63,116 nt of DNA, filler included, from Chiloscyllium plagiosum (GCF_004010195.1; 4 parts of one record of this genome joined end to end with filler, not necessarily neighbours in it); one strand, 5' to 3'. Positions 49,202-63,116 are shown, counted from the first letter of the whole stretch. Numbers and translations: made by a program. The notes: generated by a model not told the origin, from the sequence alone.

Positions 49202-49480
49202 AGGTCAAGGAACAGATATTTTCAAATCAATCTGTCATAGGTGTTATCACACATCTGTGGATCCAATAGGATTTGAACCTGGGCCTTCCGGTCCAGAAGT
49301 AGGAGCACAACGACTATACCACAAGAGCTCACAGGTAAAGGAACAAATATTTTCTGTATCAACCTGCGCAGAGATGCTATTACACATAGCTGGAGCTGGT
49401 GTGAATTGATCCTGGGTATCCCAACTCAGAGGAAGGGACACAATCTTTGCATCCACAAGTGACCACGGTAAAGGAACAAA
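49202..49480 (-). mobile_element. Two tandem copies of the 115-bp short SINE, bounded and separated by a repeated GGT(C/A)AAGGAACA(G/A)A motif
   Basis: Motif at 49203, 49334 and 49467; SINE bodies lie between them. Confidence 0.65.
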
Positions 49481-50650
49481 CTTCAGCTCCTAAACCAAAG
49501 CAGCTTTTTAGAGGTTCATTTGTGACTTAAGTTATCTTAGGGTGTGTATTTGCTAGCGCCCTCAGTATAGTTAGCTGCTTTTAAATTATAGAAAGTTATC
49601 ATCAATATTAAAATGCTTGTTATTAATAATGACTTTCTACAATTTAACTTCACTCTCACTCATAAATAATTGATTTGTAGAGTAGATGACTTTGAGGGTT
49701 TGAGTCTATTCTGAATCTTCAGCTTTCTATTACAGGGAAATTTGTAATTGTATCAGAAAAGCAATTATTCAGAAAGACTTGAGAAAGAAAAATGATAAAA
49801 TCTATCTCTTTGTGCATAAAAGTTGGAGTAATGTAATTCGAGATGACTTAAAGTTGAGACAGAGGACAACTTCCATCACAAACTCTGGGAATTGCATGAA
49901 AGCGGTCATTACTCAGTCAGTGCAGTCACCTAGATCACTTTGAGCAGGCTATGAATGAAATGTGTTTTGAGTATCATGAGCAATCTATCAATATCAATAT
50001 TAAGGGAAAAGTAAGTGCATTTAGTTGAGGACATGTTGCTATCGATCATGGCACGAATATGAATTGGACCTCTGAAAAAATATCCAACTTCTGAAGCTGA
50101 GGGTGGGATATGCAAGTCTGAACCACTGATTTCCCACAAATGTAAGGCTTGATGGAGAGTAAATATAAATATTCTCTTGTGTTAGAATTCAAGCCTAACC
50201 ACAAAAGAAACAAAATCCTCTGCTGTACTGTAGAAAGATTCACCATTCACAAACGATTTACATATCATGTCCCGTAATTAGTAAGTCAAGGCCATGTTTT
50301 TATCCCCATTGTCCCAAAATTATGACATTCAGATATTGCAATGGCTTGGTGCAGCTATATTGGCACAGTAACTGGTAGAAGCAAGATTTTTACTTCACTG
50401 ATTTACAAAACTGAATAAGTGAAATTTGATTTGTATCATAATATTTTATTCATGTCTGGGATTGTTTGAATTTCTAGCTTCTGTTTTTCCTGTGCTCACC
50501 AGAGTAATCAACATCTCTTTTGCTTATGTACTCGTTTTTGACTTGTCACATTCTTTTCAAAACAAATATTAAACAAACAGGAACCAAATTTCAGAAGGTT
50601 TATTCATGTCATATATTTATGACATGCTAAAAACAAAGTCACTAATTATT

Positions 50651-50957
50651 GGGGTGGCATGGTGGCTCAGTGGTGAGCACTGCTGCCTCACAGCACCAGG
50701 GTCCCAGCTTCAATTCCAGTCTTGGGTGACTGTCTGTGTGGAGTTTGCACATTCTCCCCGTGTCTGCGTGGGTTTCCTCCGGATACTCCGGTTTCCTACC
50801 ACAGTCCAAAGATGTGCAGGTCAGGTGAATTGGCCATGTTAAATTGCCCATAGTGTTAGGTGAATTAGTCAGAGGAAGGTGGGTTGCTCTTCAGAGGGTC
50901 GGTGTGGACTTGTTGGGCTGAAGGGCTTGTTTCCACACTGTAATCTAATCTAATCTC
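50651..50957 (+). mobile_element. HE1-type V-SINE
   Basis: tRNA-like head; V-domain TGTGTGGAGTTTGCACATTCTCCCCGTGTCTGCGTGGGTTTCCTCCGG; CR1-like tail ending (TAATC)n. Confidence 0.9.
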
Positions 50958-53900
50958 ACATACCCTTAACTAGTAGGTAGTAAATGTATTCTTCACATGA
51001 GGGTCTGTGCAGACATAGTTTTCCTGAATGCAGTTAGCTGTATACCGTCCCTATTCAGGGGAGCTCAGTATTGTGAGGAGAGCTTTAAATGGGTGTTGAG
51101 TACTTTGAAGATATGCAGGGAGTCGAAAGTTTAATTCTGGTGTTGCCCTAGTTTTTGATTTGTGGTGTATAGTGCACTTAGGGCTCAAAATAAATGCGTC
51201 CCGCTTACTGTATTACAGACTATTTAATACTCCAAAACATGAAGCTGTGCAGTTCAATTTCTAAACTACTGCATTGTCACCTCACAGAATGAAGTTAGCT
51301 ACTGTTTTAAATGTAGCATAGGAATTACTGAATGTAAATTTAACATGAAATTATGACAAAAAGGTGATAGAAAGAACAAAACATTGATGACAGAATGATC
51401 ACATTATTTTAAAACTTTATTTTAACAAAATTAGATTGTTAGGAAAGCACCAATTTTTAAAAAAAGCAACATTTTAGATAAGTTATCATGTGCTATCATA
51501 ATGGACTTGCAATGCAATCAAACTAAAGCTCTTAAGATAGACGAGGATATAGTGGAAAGAATATGGGACAAAAAACAATGTGGAAGTATTTTTTATAAAT
51601 ATGTAGTGTCAATATTACAATAACAAACTATTTGCTGATACCTTAATAACATTACTCCTCCTTTAAATTAAGTCATATGTTTAATCTACCTGGTTCAATA
51701 TTTTTAGCCCTAAATTCCCGCTTGACTACATGTTACTCTCAATTTAAATGATTAAATCATTCAGATTTTATTCATGTAAATGAGTTATATCATCCTCTAA
51801 TCAAGTTTATTTCATATAATGAGTTGATTTAAAAAATAATAGTGAGCACAGAAATCTTTGCCATTGTTGGCAATATAAGGGCCGAATGAAGCTTGTTGAA
51901 TTCTTCTTTGGGTTTTCACTCCATCCAGTAAGTTGAGAATCTAGTACATTGCTTAGTTTTATATATTTTAATTTTGGCCAAAAAAGAATGTTTCCATTAT
52001 GTTTGTCCAGACTAAAGCTTAGGAAATTCTATTCATTCCATCAAGATGGGTGAGTCCGCTGATGATTCAGGCAAATATTCTTGAAGATTAAACAACTGAT
52101 TATGTCATAAGTGTACATATGGTACACCATGTTCCCTGTCTATGCAATAACTTGTTCAGGATGACAAGAGGAGAGGGAAATACTTAGCCACTCAATGTCA
52201 AGCTTCCATTATATATGTATGAAAAACCTACTATTCATGTATCTGTCATTTAGAATGTAGATCTTTGCAGTTTGTTTTCTTTTACCTATTTCACAATAAA
52301 CATGCAATCTTTTATCTGTACAGCAGACAAGCATGATCAAGAGAAAGGAATGTAGCGATGGTCTATATAAATGCAGTCCCATTAATGGTCTTAGTGTTAA
52401 CTTGCAGTAACTGCATTCAAACGTTGTTAGTGTTATGAATGGTTTTCTGATTAGTTATGTTACCATCCATGTCATGGTTAGATGTTATCTCACCAGCTTT
52501 ATGCTGACAAAAAGATAATTTATATGGGGTTTTTCATGTTGGAAATATCCCAAAGCACTTGCAGAGGGGTAAAGAGAAAATAAATAAAAGGAGTGAATGT
52601 TGGGAAGATGGCCAGGTGATTAATCAAAAAAAGTTTGGAAGAGCAGAATGAGAGTTTATGCATTTAGCAAAAATAAAGAGTAAAGAATAAGTCTAAAACA
52701 GCTGAAGGCAGTGTAACATTTGCTGAGGCAAAAGGGGAAGAGTCTTTTCAAGCTGTCACTGTTGGAGAACCAATTGCCATGGGAGAGGATTTAAGGATCT
52801 GGACTGAAACTGGTTGTTTCTTGATGGTTCATTCCTAAAGTTCCAAATTCATATCTCTTTCAACACTGAAGCAAATAGCATGCACCATCACTCAAAATGT
52901 TCAGCATCCTAACATCCTTAATTCCGTAGATGATAAATTTCAGGGAAAAGCTTGCTTTCTTATTTTTGAGGATTTCTTCAGGTACTTGCACCTTATTTGT
53001 AATTCTTGCATTGCTCTCTTGTAGGATAATTATAACAATTCACACTTGTTCCAGAGGAACAGAATGAGGTTCACAGTATATCTTTCATGCACAAAATGTG
53101 TCAGCTAGAGATGGACATTCCTCCACCAGTTTATGTTCCTATTCAACTTAGTTGTCCTGTATGTATGTTGTTGTGAAGCTGCATATTATAGTTCCACAGG
53201 AGCAAGGTAATAAGAACACTCAAAAGCATCTTTCTCTGAAATATCAATTGTTCACATTTCATTTTGAGTGAATTCTGTAAGATTGGTCCAGGAGTCAGTA
53301 ACTGGCTTCAAACATTAACAACTATTGGAATGTTGTTTGCTTTGTGTTTATTTTAGAATGTTCAAAAGATTGTTAATGTGCTTGTGCAGAGTTCATTCAA
53401 TTATGAAATTGGAATGCGTGGTAGTGTATTCTGAAGGACTTCTGCTCATCTTTTGACAGCTTGTTAAGGGATTATAATTCTTTCTGTGGTGTAAATATAG
53501 AATTTACAGGACATAAACTAGTCCCTAATGATGATTTTGCTCTACTTCCTTCCAAACTTAATTTGTCTAATTCCATCTATTGATTTTTCTACTCCTTTCT
53601 CTTTCATATTGCTTTCTGTGCAAATTTTATTTATTTTAATTTAGTGACAAGTTCAACATTCTAACTATTTTCTGTAAAATAGCCTTTCCTGAATTCTTTA
53701 TTTGGTTTATTAAGGCCTACTCTAACTTTATGAACTAATATTGAAATCTGAAATAAAAACAGAAAATGCTAAAAACACTTTCCAGGTCTGCTAGCATCTG
53801 TAGGGAGAGAAGCAGAGTTAACGTATCAGGTTGGCGAACCTTAAAAGGTCATCTGTTTCATCCTCAATTTCTGAAACCTAGTTTTGGAATTTCCTTCACA

Positions 53901-56159
53901 AGAGGAACTGTCTTCACTGCATCTGTCTGATTAACTCCTTAATTTTTGAGACCTTTATTAAGAAAACCCCATTATCCTTTTTGCTAGAGAAATCAGTTCC
54001 AGCTTGTTCCATTTTTTTCTAATGAGTACAATCTCTCAGATCTGTATCATCTTCAAATTTTTGTTGGACCTCCTTCACTGTATCTACAACTTTTTTGATT
54101 AAAACTGCAAATTTAGTGCATTTCTGATATTTTGACTTAGTGATCTGCAAACATAGATGAAGGGTAACAAAATGGTTCACTTCCTGTTCGGTTAAATTTT
54201 AAAGAATCCATCATTGCTTCCATCACATTGATTGGATTCAATAAATCCTGTGTGTATGTGATTTGAACGTCTTTAGCTGGATCAAAATGCACATTTTTGT
54301 CAGCTAGTAGCAAAGCTACAGCAAAAAGGTTTGCAATTTGATCATTGCTGAGTTCACTGATATCAGCTTTACCGATAGTGGGGTGCCACAGTTGGTTGTA
54401 GGCCCTCCTGTGTGAGCTAGTATGTTTGCACTCGATTAGAGAAGAAAATGCTTGATGTTCTAGATTTGCCTTGTGTAAAGTTTATTTTTGATAGTCAAAA
54501 CTAAAAGCATTGTTGGAAGTTTATAAAACTGTGGACTTTGATCTGGTATTAAAGGATGTACAGATCATATTTATTGTATTAAATTAATGCTGAATATATG
54601 TGATGATCTCGCTGTCGGATTCTGCCTGATAATAGGCTGGGATGATTTGACTGAGAACTGCAAGTACTGAAGGCTGGAATTTCCAGACAGCAGTGACTGC
54701 CAATTTTGGAATGTGCTGCTGACGTCAGTAGTTACTCCAGGGAATGTTTTGCATTCCAGTTCCTGGCAGTCGTCAGGTGGCTTCCAGCAATTGGGGGAAA
54801 AAAAAATCCCATTTCCAGTTTGTTTTAAATAGCAGCCAAGTGGAAACAGCTGTGTTGTTATTAGTTGTTAAAAGTAAACATAGGTTGTTAATGGGAATAA
54901 TTATTTTTATGGCTGTTGTCACTTTTCTTTTGAAACTACATTCATAGATTTCATGTTTTTTGTTGTTGTAGATGTGAGTTAAAAGTTGGTAGAGTTCAGT
55001 TTGTTAGACCATGCTTTATTGTACCAAAGCCAAGAGAATTCATTAGCTCATCAATGAGACTGCTTTGTGGAGCTTGAGATTCCAGTAAAAGAAAATTGAA
55101 TGGGTTGAATCACATTTTTTTAATCCTAAGGAACATTTACTTCCATTGATCTTTATCTTGAAATGAAAAAGTTAAACTAAAGATTAAATGCTACGTTGTA
55201 ATTGAACTAACAACTGATGCAACTATTAGCATGGTAATTTTATATTTACTTATTTCAGTCAAAATAGATTTTAGTTTTCCAGGAAGTTGCAAATTAAAAG
55301 AAAACACAATAAGAAACAAGAGTAGGAACAGGATGAACTATGCTAAACTTGCTGTACCATTTACTTCCCGACCCACTTGCACCTTGTTCCCTTCCCACTT
55401 GTCATCCTATCCACTTGGCACTCTGCTCCCTACCCATTTGGCATCCTACTTACTGGGCACTCAATTCCCCACTACATATCCTGCACCCTACCCTCCAGCA
55501 CCCTAACATCACATTTGTATATATACTTACTCCTTGACAGCAGCTGGCGGGATCTTTAAATTTCAGAACATGGCAGCTGACTGATATTTAGTGGAAGTGT
55601 GGTTTGCCGTCCAGACAGTTCTGATGAAAGAACTGATGGTATGGACATGTGGTCCCAAATTGAGGGAGCCCCGAATAGAATTTTTTTTCAGAAATGTAGA
55701 GCTCCCTTCTTAAAAAAGAAAGAAGGGTTAGCGTGGCAGCCTGCAAGAAATTGCCACTGCTTGAAAAATCCAACCCAATATATCCTTGCTTTGTACAACT
55801 ACTTTTTAAATCTATAGCTACACTTTGTAGCAGTGAGAAATCTTAGTTGAATTTCAAATCTCCCATATTCTGTCTTTGAGACATGAGGTCGAAAGCTGAA
55901 TGGCTGGCATGGTCTCCTTGGACCCTTAGATACTGGAAATGACTGGTCTCAGATAGTCCTAGGCTACTTGCACAAGACGTTGGCTCAGAGGTGACAATCT
56001 TTCTTATCACCAGACAATAATTAGTTATATTGATAGAAAAACAGAAAAAGCTGTAAACATTGAGATGACGAGAAAGCCACTGTGGAGAGAAACAGAGTTC
56101 ATGTTTCAAGTCATGAAGACCCTTTCTTAGTGTTCAACAGCCAGGAATGATAGTTGCTT

Positions 56160-56468
56160 TAGATTAGATTACTTCCAGTGTGGAAACATGCCCTTCGGCC
56201 CAACAAGTCCACACATAGCTGCTGAAGCGCAACCCATTCCCCTACATTTACCCCTTCACCTAACACTATGGGCAATTTAGCATGGCCAATTCACCTAACC
56301 TGCACATTTTTGGACTGTGGGAGGAAACCGGAGCACCCGGAGGAAACCCACGCAGACACGGGGAGAATGTGCAAACTCCACACAGTCAGTCACCCGAGGT
56401 GGGAACTGAACCTGGGTCTCTGGCGCTGTGAGGCAGCAGTACTAACCACTGTGCCACCGTGCTGCCCA
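56160..56468 (-). mobile_element. HE1-type V-SINE
   Basis: Reverse-complement homologue of 50651-50957. Confidence 0.9.
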
Positions 56469-56959
56469 CACTTTACTGTCTTAATTTTTCATTGCCAAGA
56501 TATTAAATAGGTAATGGTTAAATAATGAATATAATATGCTTGACGTTGGCTGGGAATTTCTGCTTCTGCACTTGCTAGCTGATTACCTGCCAGTAAGCTT
56601 GAATGGGAAGAAAATTAGGACCTGACAAATGCAGAAACATAAAAGGCTCATCATAGTTCTGACACTTATTTTTCAAACATTAACATTCCAAGTAGCCTTC
56701 ATATTTCTGTCTTTCACCTCATGCTGACATATTTTAATCCACTGCTGGGTTTGGAGTTAGAATTTTTGTAAAAGGTGTTCTCAACCTGAAACGTCAACTT
56801 TGTTTTCCTCTCCAGATGCAGCCTACTTGCTGAATATTTCCAACATGACCCTACATAGTAATAACAGTTGTAAGCTGCCAATGTTCTTGTCCTTACAACT
56901 GGGAAACAGGCAGTAATTTATAACCTCTGCACTTGAGCAGTTAAATATGAAAACAGCAA

Positions 56960-57470
56960 AGTTCAAGAAGATTGTGGCTAATTTAGCTGTAGTCTCAACT
57001 GCACTTCCTGTCAGTACCCTATAACCATTGACTCCTTATCTATCAAAGATCTACCTAAGCCTTGAACAAATTCATCGACACAGTGAGTCGTATCAGTGAC
57101 ATTGATTACTGGGGAAGAGAATTCCACAGACTAAGAACCCTCTGAGAAATAACGTTTCTCTTACTTTGGTCTTAAAAGTGAGAACTCTTATTCTTGAACG
57201 ATGTCTCTAGTTCAGGCTTTGTATAAAATGGTAACCATTCGCTCCGGATCTACACTGCGGCGTTTCTTCAGGATCTTGCGTGTATCATTGTGATCACCTC
57301 TCATTTCTTCTAAAGTCCATTGTGTAAAGGCCAATCCTATTTAACCTTCCTTGATAATATAAGCTGTTCATCCTGGAAATGTTTTGATGAGCCTTCACTG
57401 AACTATCTCTTATGTTTCCATATCCTTGTTCAAATAAGGAGGCCAAAGTTGTACATAGTACTTCAGATAT
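56960..57470 (-). mobile_element. Decayed CR1 3' end
   Basis: Reverse strand has HI*STMYNFG (LEYC..FW-like) and LWNSLP-like segments. Confidence 0.55.
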
Positions 57471-57649
57471 GATTTCATTCAGAGGGATACAATGGTGTTG
57501 TCACTCAACTAGTACCTCAACTAGTACAAAGCTAATGGTTTCAGGATATGGCTTTGTATTTTACCATGACAAATGGTAAAATTTGAATTCAGTTAATAAA
57601 TGTGGAATTTAAAACTACTCTAATGATGACCATGGAGCTAATGTTGATG

Positions 57650-60600
57650 GGCATAGGCTGCTCCTTTTTTGAGGTATTTTAGGTGTAGGAGGTGATTTCT
57701 TCGAATTGCAGGAGCAGCAATTACAGTTTTATATGCTGTTGCATTGTTTTGGAACTTTGGAGAACAAAAAAAGTCAAAACAACAGCAATTTTAAAAGGGA
57801 GAGGTACAGACAAAGGAAGCACATGGTGAGGTCAGTGCAGGAGAGAGAGAGAGAGAAACTGATACAGCAGTGGACCTGCATAGTTACTGCCTTTGTGTGT
57901 TTGAATTCATGAATCACTGGACTACAGAGTGCATTTGGGAAAATTAACGAACAGTGAAATTCACAACTAATCTTGGAGGAACCTGTTTGGAGAGGGCAGA
58001 GCACAGAAACAGATAAGTGGATATTTTAAGTGTGACCTACAAAAAGTCTGCAGATGTGAGTAGAGTGGGTTCTTGCTTGATTATATGTTTTTTGAGATAT
58101 GTCCAAAATATAAGCCATAGCTAATAATTTAATCTGGAGCAGTTTTTGTAGAGGAATAAGATGGTGTTATTTTCTGGGTCTATAGATTGTAAAGGAGCAA
58201 AAATGGCCTTTAGTAGAGTGATATGCTCTTCTTGTCTAATGTGGGAGTTTAAGGAGAGTTTATGCGTTACTGCAGATTATATCAACAATAATGCCATTGG
58301 TTGCAAATTCCATTAGATCAAATGAATTGGTTGGAGAGACAGGTGGAGGCAATGAGGAATTTACAAGAGCAAGGGGATGTGATGGATGGTTATAGGAAAG
58401 GGGAAAGTCATGGATACAGTCACATAGATGGGCTAACCCCAGGAAAGGTAAGAGAGGTAGGTAGTTAACACAGTAGTTTTCTGTCACTATCCCCATTCCA
58501 AACAAGTATGCTGTTTTGGAAAATGTAGGGGGTGATGGATTCTCAGGGGAAGGTAGCATGAACAGCCAAGTTTCTGGTCTTGAGACTGGCTCTAATGCAA
58601 CGAGGGGTACGTCAGCTTCCAAGAGATCAATTGTGTTAGGGGACTCTCTAGTCTGAAGTACAGGCAGATGTCTCTGGCCAGCAGCGAAAAATCAGAATGG
58701 TGTGTTGCTTTCCTGGTGCCAGGATCAAGGATGTCTCAGAGACGGTGCAGAATGTTCTCAAGGGGGAGAGGGCCCAGCAGGAGTCATTGTCCACATTGGA
58801 ATCAATGACATAGGAAGGGAAGAGGTTGAGATTCTGAAGGGAGATTACAGAGGGTTAGGCAGGAATTTAAAAAGCAGGTCCTCAAGAGTAGTAATATGTG
58901 GATTACTCCTGGTGCTACACACTAAGGAGGGAGAAATAGGAGGATAGAGCAGATGAATGCATGGCTGAGGAGCTGGTGTGTGGAAGAAGGATTCACATGA
59001 TTCACATTTTTGGATCATTGGAATCTCTTTTAGGGTAGAAGTGATCTGTACAAGAAGGACGGATAACACCTAAATTGGAAGGGGACTAATATATTAGAGC
59101 TGCTCGGGAGGATTTAAACTGGTAAGGTTGGGTAGGGGGATCTCAGAGAGATAGTGAGGAAAGAGATCAATCTGAGACTGGTACAGTTGAGAACAGAAGC
59201 GAATCAACCATTCAGGGCAGGCAGGGACAAAGCAGAGAACAAGGTAGGACTGATAAATTAAACTGCATTTATTTCAATGCAAGGGGCCTAACGGGGAAGG
59301 CAGATGAACTCAGGGCATGGTTAGGAACATGGGATGGGTTTTCATAGCAATTACAGAAACATGGCTCAGGGATGGACAGGACTGGCAGCTATAGGAAGGA
59401 TAGCAAGGGAGGCCAGAGAGGAGGGGGAGTGTTGTTTTTGATCAGGGATGGCATTACAGCTGTACTGAAGGAGGATAATCCCGGAAATACATCCAGGGTA
59501 GTTACTTGGGTGGAACTGAGAAATAAGAAAGAGATGATCACCTTATTGGGATTGTATTATAGACCCCTTAATAGTCAGAGGGAAATTGGGAAACAGATTT
59601 GTAAGGAGATCTCAGCTATCTGTAAGAATAATAGGGTGGTTATGGTCGGGAATTTTAACTTTTCAAACATAGACTGGCACTGCCATAGCGTGAAGGGTTT
59701 AGATGGAGAGGAATTTGTTAAGTGTGTACAAGAAAATTTTCAGATTCAGCATGGAGGTACCTATTAGAGAAGGTGCAAAACTTGATCTACCTAAGGCAGG
59801 GCAGGTGAGTGAGTTGTCAGTGGGGGAGCACTTTGGGGCCAGCGACCATAAATCTATTAGATTTAAAATCGTGATGGAAAAGGATAGACCAGATCTAAAA
59901 GTTGAAGTTCTAAATTGGAGAAAGGCCAATTTTGACAGTATTAGGCAAGAATTTTCAAAAGCTCATTGGAGGCAGATGTTCGCAGGTAAAAAGACAGCTG
60001 GAATGGAAAACCTTCAGAAATGATATAACAAGAGTCCAGAGAAAGTATATTCCTGGTAGGGTGAAAGGAAAGGCTGATAGGTATAGGGAATGTTGGATGA
60101 CTAAAGAAATTGAGGGTTGGTTAAGAAAAAGAAGGAAGCATATGTCAGGTATAGACAGGATAGATCGAGTGAATCCTTGGAAGAGTATAAAGGCAGTAGG
60201 AGTATACTTAAGAGGGAAATTAGGAGGGCAAAAAGGGGACATGAGATAGCTTTGGCAAATAGAATTAAGGAGAATCCAAAGGATTTTTACAAATACATGA
60301 AGGACAAAAGGGTGACTAGGGAGAGAATAGGGCCCCTCAAAGATCAGCAAGGCGGCCTTTGTGTGGAGATGCAGGAGATAGGAGATAGTAAACAAGTATT
60401 TTGCACCAGTATTTACTGTGGAAAAGGGCATCGAAGATATAGAATGTAGGGAAATAGATGGTGACATCTTGGAAAACGTGCATATTACAGAGGAGGAAGT
60501 GCTGGATGTCTTGAAATGCATAAAAGTGGATAAATCCCAGGACTTGATCAGGTGTACCCTAGAACTCTGTGGGAAGCTAGTGAAGTGATTGCTGGGCCTC

Positions 60601-61460
60601 TTACTGAGATATTTGTATCATCGATAGTCACAGGTGAGGTGCCACAAGATTCGAGTTTGGCTAACTTGGTGCCACTGTTTAAGAAGGGTGGTAAGGACAA
60701 GCCAGGGAACTATAGACCAGTGAGCCTGATGGTGGTGGTGGGCAGGTTATTGGAGGGAACCCTGATGGACAGGGTGTACGTATATTTGGAAAGGTAATGA
60801 CTGATTAGGGATAGTCAACACGACTTTATGCGTGGAAATCATGTCTCACAAACTTGATTGAGTTTTTTGTGGAAGTAACAAAGAGGATTGATGAGGGCAA
60901 AGCGGTAATGTGATCTTTATGGACTTCAGTAAGGCGTTCGACAAGGTTCCCCACGAGAGACTAGTTAGCAAGGTTAGATGTCACGGAATGTACGGAGAAC
61001 TAGCCGTTTGGATACAGAACCAGCTCAAAGGTAGAAGACAAAAGGTGGTGGTGGAGTGTTGTTTTTCAGACTGGAGGCCTGTGACCAGTGGAGTGTCACA
61101 AGGATCAGTGCTGGGTCCACTACTTTTTGTCATTTATATAAATGATTTGGATGTGAGCATAAGAGGTAGAGCTAGTAAATTTGCAGCTGACACCAAAATT
61201 GCAGGTGTAGCGGACAGCGAAGAGGGTTACCTCAGATTACAATGGGATCTTGATCAGATGGGTCAATGAGTTGAGAAGTGGCAGATGGAGTTTAATTCAG
61301 ATACATGTGAGGTGCTGCATTTTGGGAAAGCAAATCTTAGCAAGACTTATGCACTTAATGGTAAGGTCCTAGGGAGTGTTGCTGAACAAAGAGACCTTAA
61401 AGTGCAGGTTCATAGCTCCTTGTAAGTAGAGTCGCAGGTAGATAGGATAGTGAAGAAGGC
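57650..61460 (+). mobile_element. Near full-length CR1 LINE (5'UTR, ORF1 from ATG 58203, ORF2 EN-RT), frameshifted and cut by a Penelope-derived element
   Basis: MAFSRVICSSCLMWE Zn-finger; VLGDSLV and VIVHIGIND esterase motifs; EN YYRP, GNFN, SDH; RT NYRPVSL, DFSKAFDKVPH, SQGSVLGP, KFAADTK. Confidence 0.93.
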
Positions 61461-61619
61461 TGAATGTGTTGCTGGAAAAGCGCAGCAGGTCAGGCAGCAT
61501 CCAAGGAACAGGAGAATCGACGTTTCGGGCATAAGCCCTTCTTCAGGAATGAGGAAAGTGTGTCCAGCAGGCTAAGATAAAAGGTAGGGAGGAGGGACTT
61601 GGGGGAAGGGCGTTGGAAT
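61461..61619 (-). mobile_element. Penelope pLTR-derived segment (family 1) with an intact hammerhead core, cut off by the linker
   Basis: Minus strand attc-CTGAAGA-a-GGGC-ttat-GCCC-GAAACGTC-gatt at about 61515-61550. Confidence 0.8.
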
Positions 61620-61719
61620 NNNNNNNNNNNNNNNNNNNNNNNNNNNNNNNNNNNNNNNNNNNNTTAATTAATTAANNNNNNNNNNNNNNNNNNNNNNNNN
61701 NNNNNNNNNNNNNNNNNNN
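61620..61719. other. Artificial contig linker
   Basis: 44 N + TTAATTAATTAA + 44 N. Confidence 0.97.
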
Positions 61720-63116
61720 CAGGGAGATAGTGAGGAAAGAGATTGATCTGAGATGGGTAGAGCTGAGAACAGAAGTGAGTCAAGCAGTCAGGGCAGGCAG
61801 GGACAAGGTAGGACTAATAAATTAAACTGCATTTATTTCAATGCAAGGGGCCTAACAGGGAAGGCAGATGAACTCAGGGCATGGTTAGGAACATGGGACT
61901 GGGATATCATAGCAATTATGGAAACATGGCTCAGGGATGGGCAGGACTCGCAGCTTAATGTTCCAGGATACAAATGCTACAGGAAGGACAGAAAGGGAGG
62001 CAAGAGAGGAGGGGGAGTGGCGTTTTTGATAAGGGATAGCATTACAGCTGTGCTGAGGGAAGATATTCCCAGAAATGCATCCAGGGAACTGGGTGGAACT
62101 GAGAAATAAGAAAGGGATGATCACCTTATTGGGATTGTATTATAGACCCCCAATAGTCAGGGGAAAATTGAGAAACAAACTTGTAAGGAGATCTCAGCTA
62201 TCTGTAAGAATAATAGGGTAGTTATGGTAGGGAATTTAACTTTCCAAACATCGACTGGGACTGCCATAGTGTTAAAGGTTTAGATGGAGAGGAATTTCTT
62301 AAGTGCATACAAGACAATTTTCTGATTCAGTATGTGGATGTACCTACAAGAGAAGGTGCAAAACTTGACCTTATCTTGGGAAATAAGGCAGGGCAGGTGA
62401 CTGAGGTGTCAGTGGGGGAGCACTTTGGGGCCAGCGACCATAATTCTATTCGTTTTAAAATAGTGATGGTAAAGGATAGACCAGATCTACAAGTTGAAGT
62501 CCTAAATTGGAGAAAGGCCAATTTTAACGGTATTAGGCAAGAACTTTCGTAAACTGATTGGAGGCAAGGTTTGCAGGGAAAGGGACGGCTGGAAAATGGG
62601 AAGCCTTCAGAGATGAGATAACAAGAATCCAGAGAAAGTATATTCCTGTCACGGTGAAAGGGAAGGCTGGTAGGTACAGGGAATGCTGGATGACTAAAAA
62701 AATTGAGAGTTTGGTTAAGAAAAAGAAGGAATAGACAGGTATAGACAGGATAGATTGAGTGAATCCTTAGAAGACTTTAAAGAAAGTAGGAGTATACTTC
62801 TGTGGGAAATCAGGAGGGCAAAACGGGGACATGAGATAGCTTTGGCAAATAGAATTAAGGAGAATCCAAAGGGTTTTTACAAATATATTAAGGACAAAAG
62901 GGTAACTAGGGAGAGAACAGGGCCCCTCAAAGATCAGCAAGGCAGCCTTTGTGTGGAGCCACAGAAAATGGGGGAGATACTAAATGAATATTTTGCATCA
63001 GTATTTACTGTGGAAAAGGATATGGAAAATATAGACTGTAGGGAAATAGATGGTGACATCTTGCAAAATGACCAGATTACAGAGGAGGAAGTGCTGGATG
63101 TCTTAAAACAGTTAAA
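61720..63116 (+). mobile_element. Second copy of the same CR1 family (ORF2 endonuclease and linker region)
   Basis: Closely parallels 59140-60525 but carries independent substitutions and indels. Confidence 0.9.

Noticed and set aside
59140..63116. Apparent tandem duplication of CR1 ORF2
   Set aside because: The copies differ at many sites and are separated by a linker; more simply two family members or a scaffolding effect

Overview
Eukaryotic, repeat-dense genomic DNA, most likely from a shark or other elasmobranch (HE1-type V-SINEs, HER1/CR1 LINEs). It is assembled from four pieces joined by artificial 100-bp linkers (44 N + TTAATTAATTAA + 44 N). Most of it appears to be intron of SPIDR (KIAA0146, scaffold protein involved in DNA repair). 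One clear 220-nt SPIDR coding exon lies at 48566-48785 (+), with canonical splice sites. The rest is a nested mosaic of CR1, L1/Tx1, Rex1/Babar and other LINE fragments, an ORF-bearing Penelope-like element (RT + GIY-YIG), a Gypsy pol relic, a Harbinger-type Myb/SANT gene relic, several SINE families and a 1.4-kb minisatellite. Three observations stand out. (i) Several short Penelope-derived fold-back elements, most with 13-14-bp target-site duplications, carry minimal hammerhead-ribozyme cores; two families show covarying palindromic stem III (ACGT vs AGCT). (ii) A CpG-enriched intragenic promoter-like region holds two candidate exons whose splice phases would join in frame to the SPIDR exon. 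(iii) There are several local templated-duplication scars. All family names come from motif recognition by eye, with no database search, and boundaries of decayed repeats are approximate.
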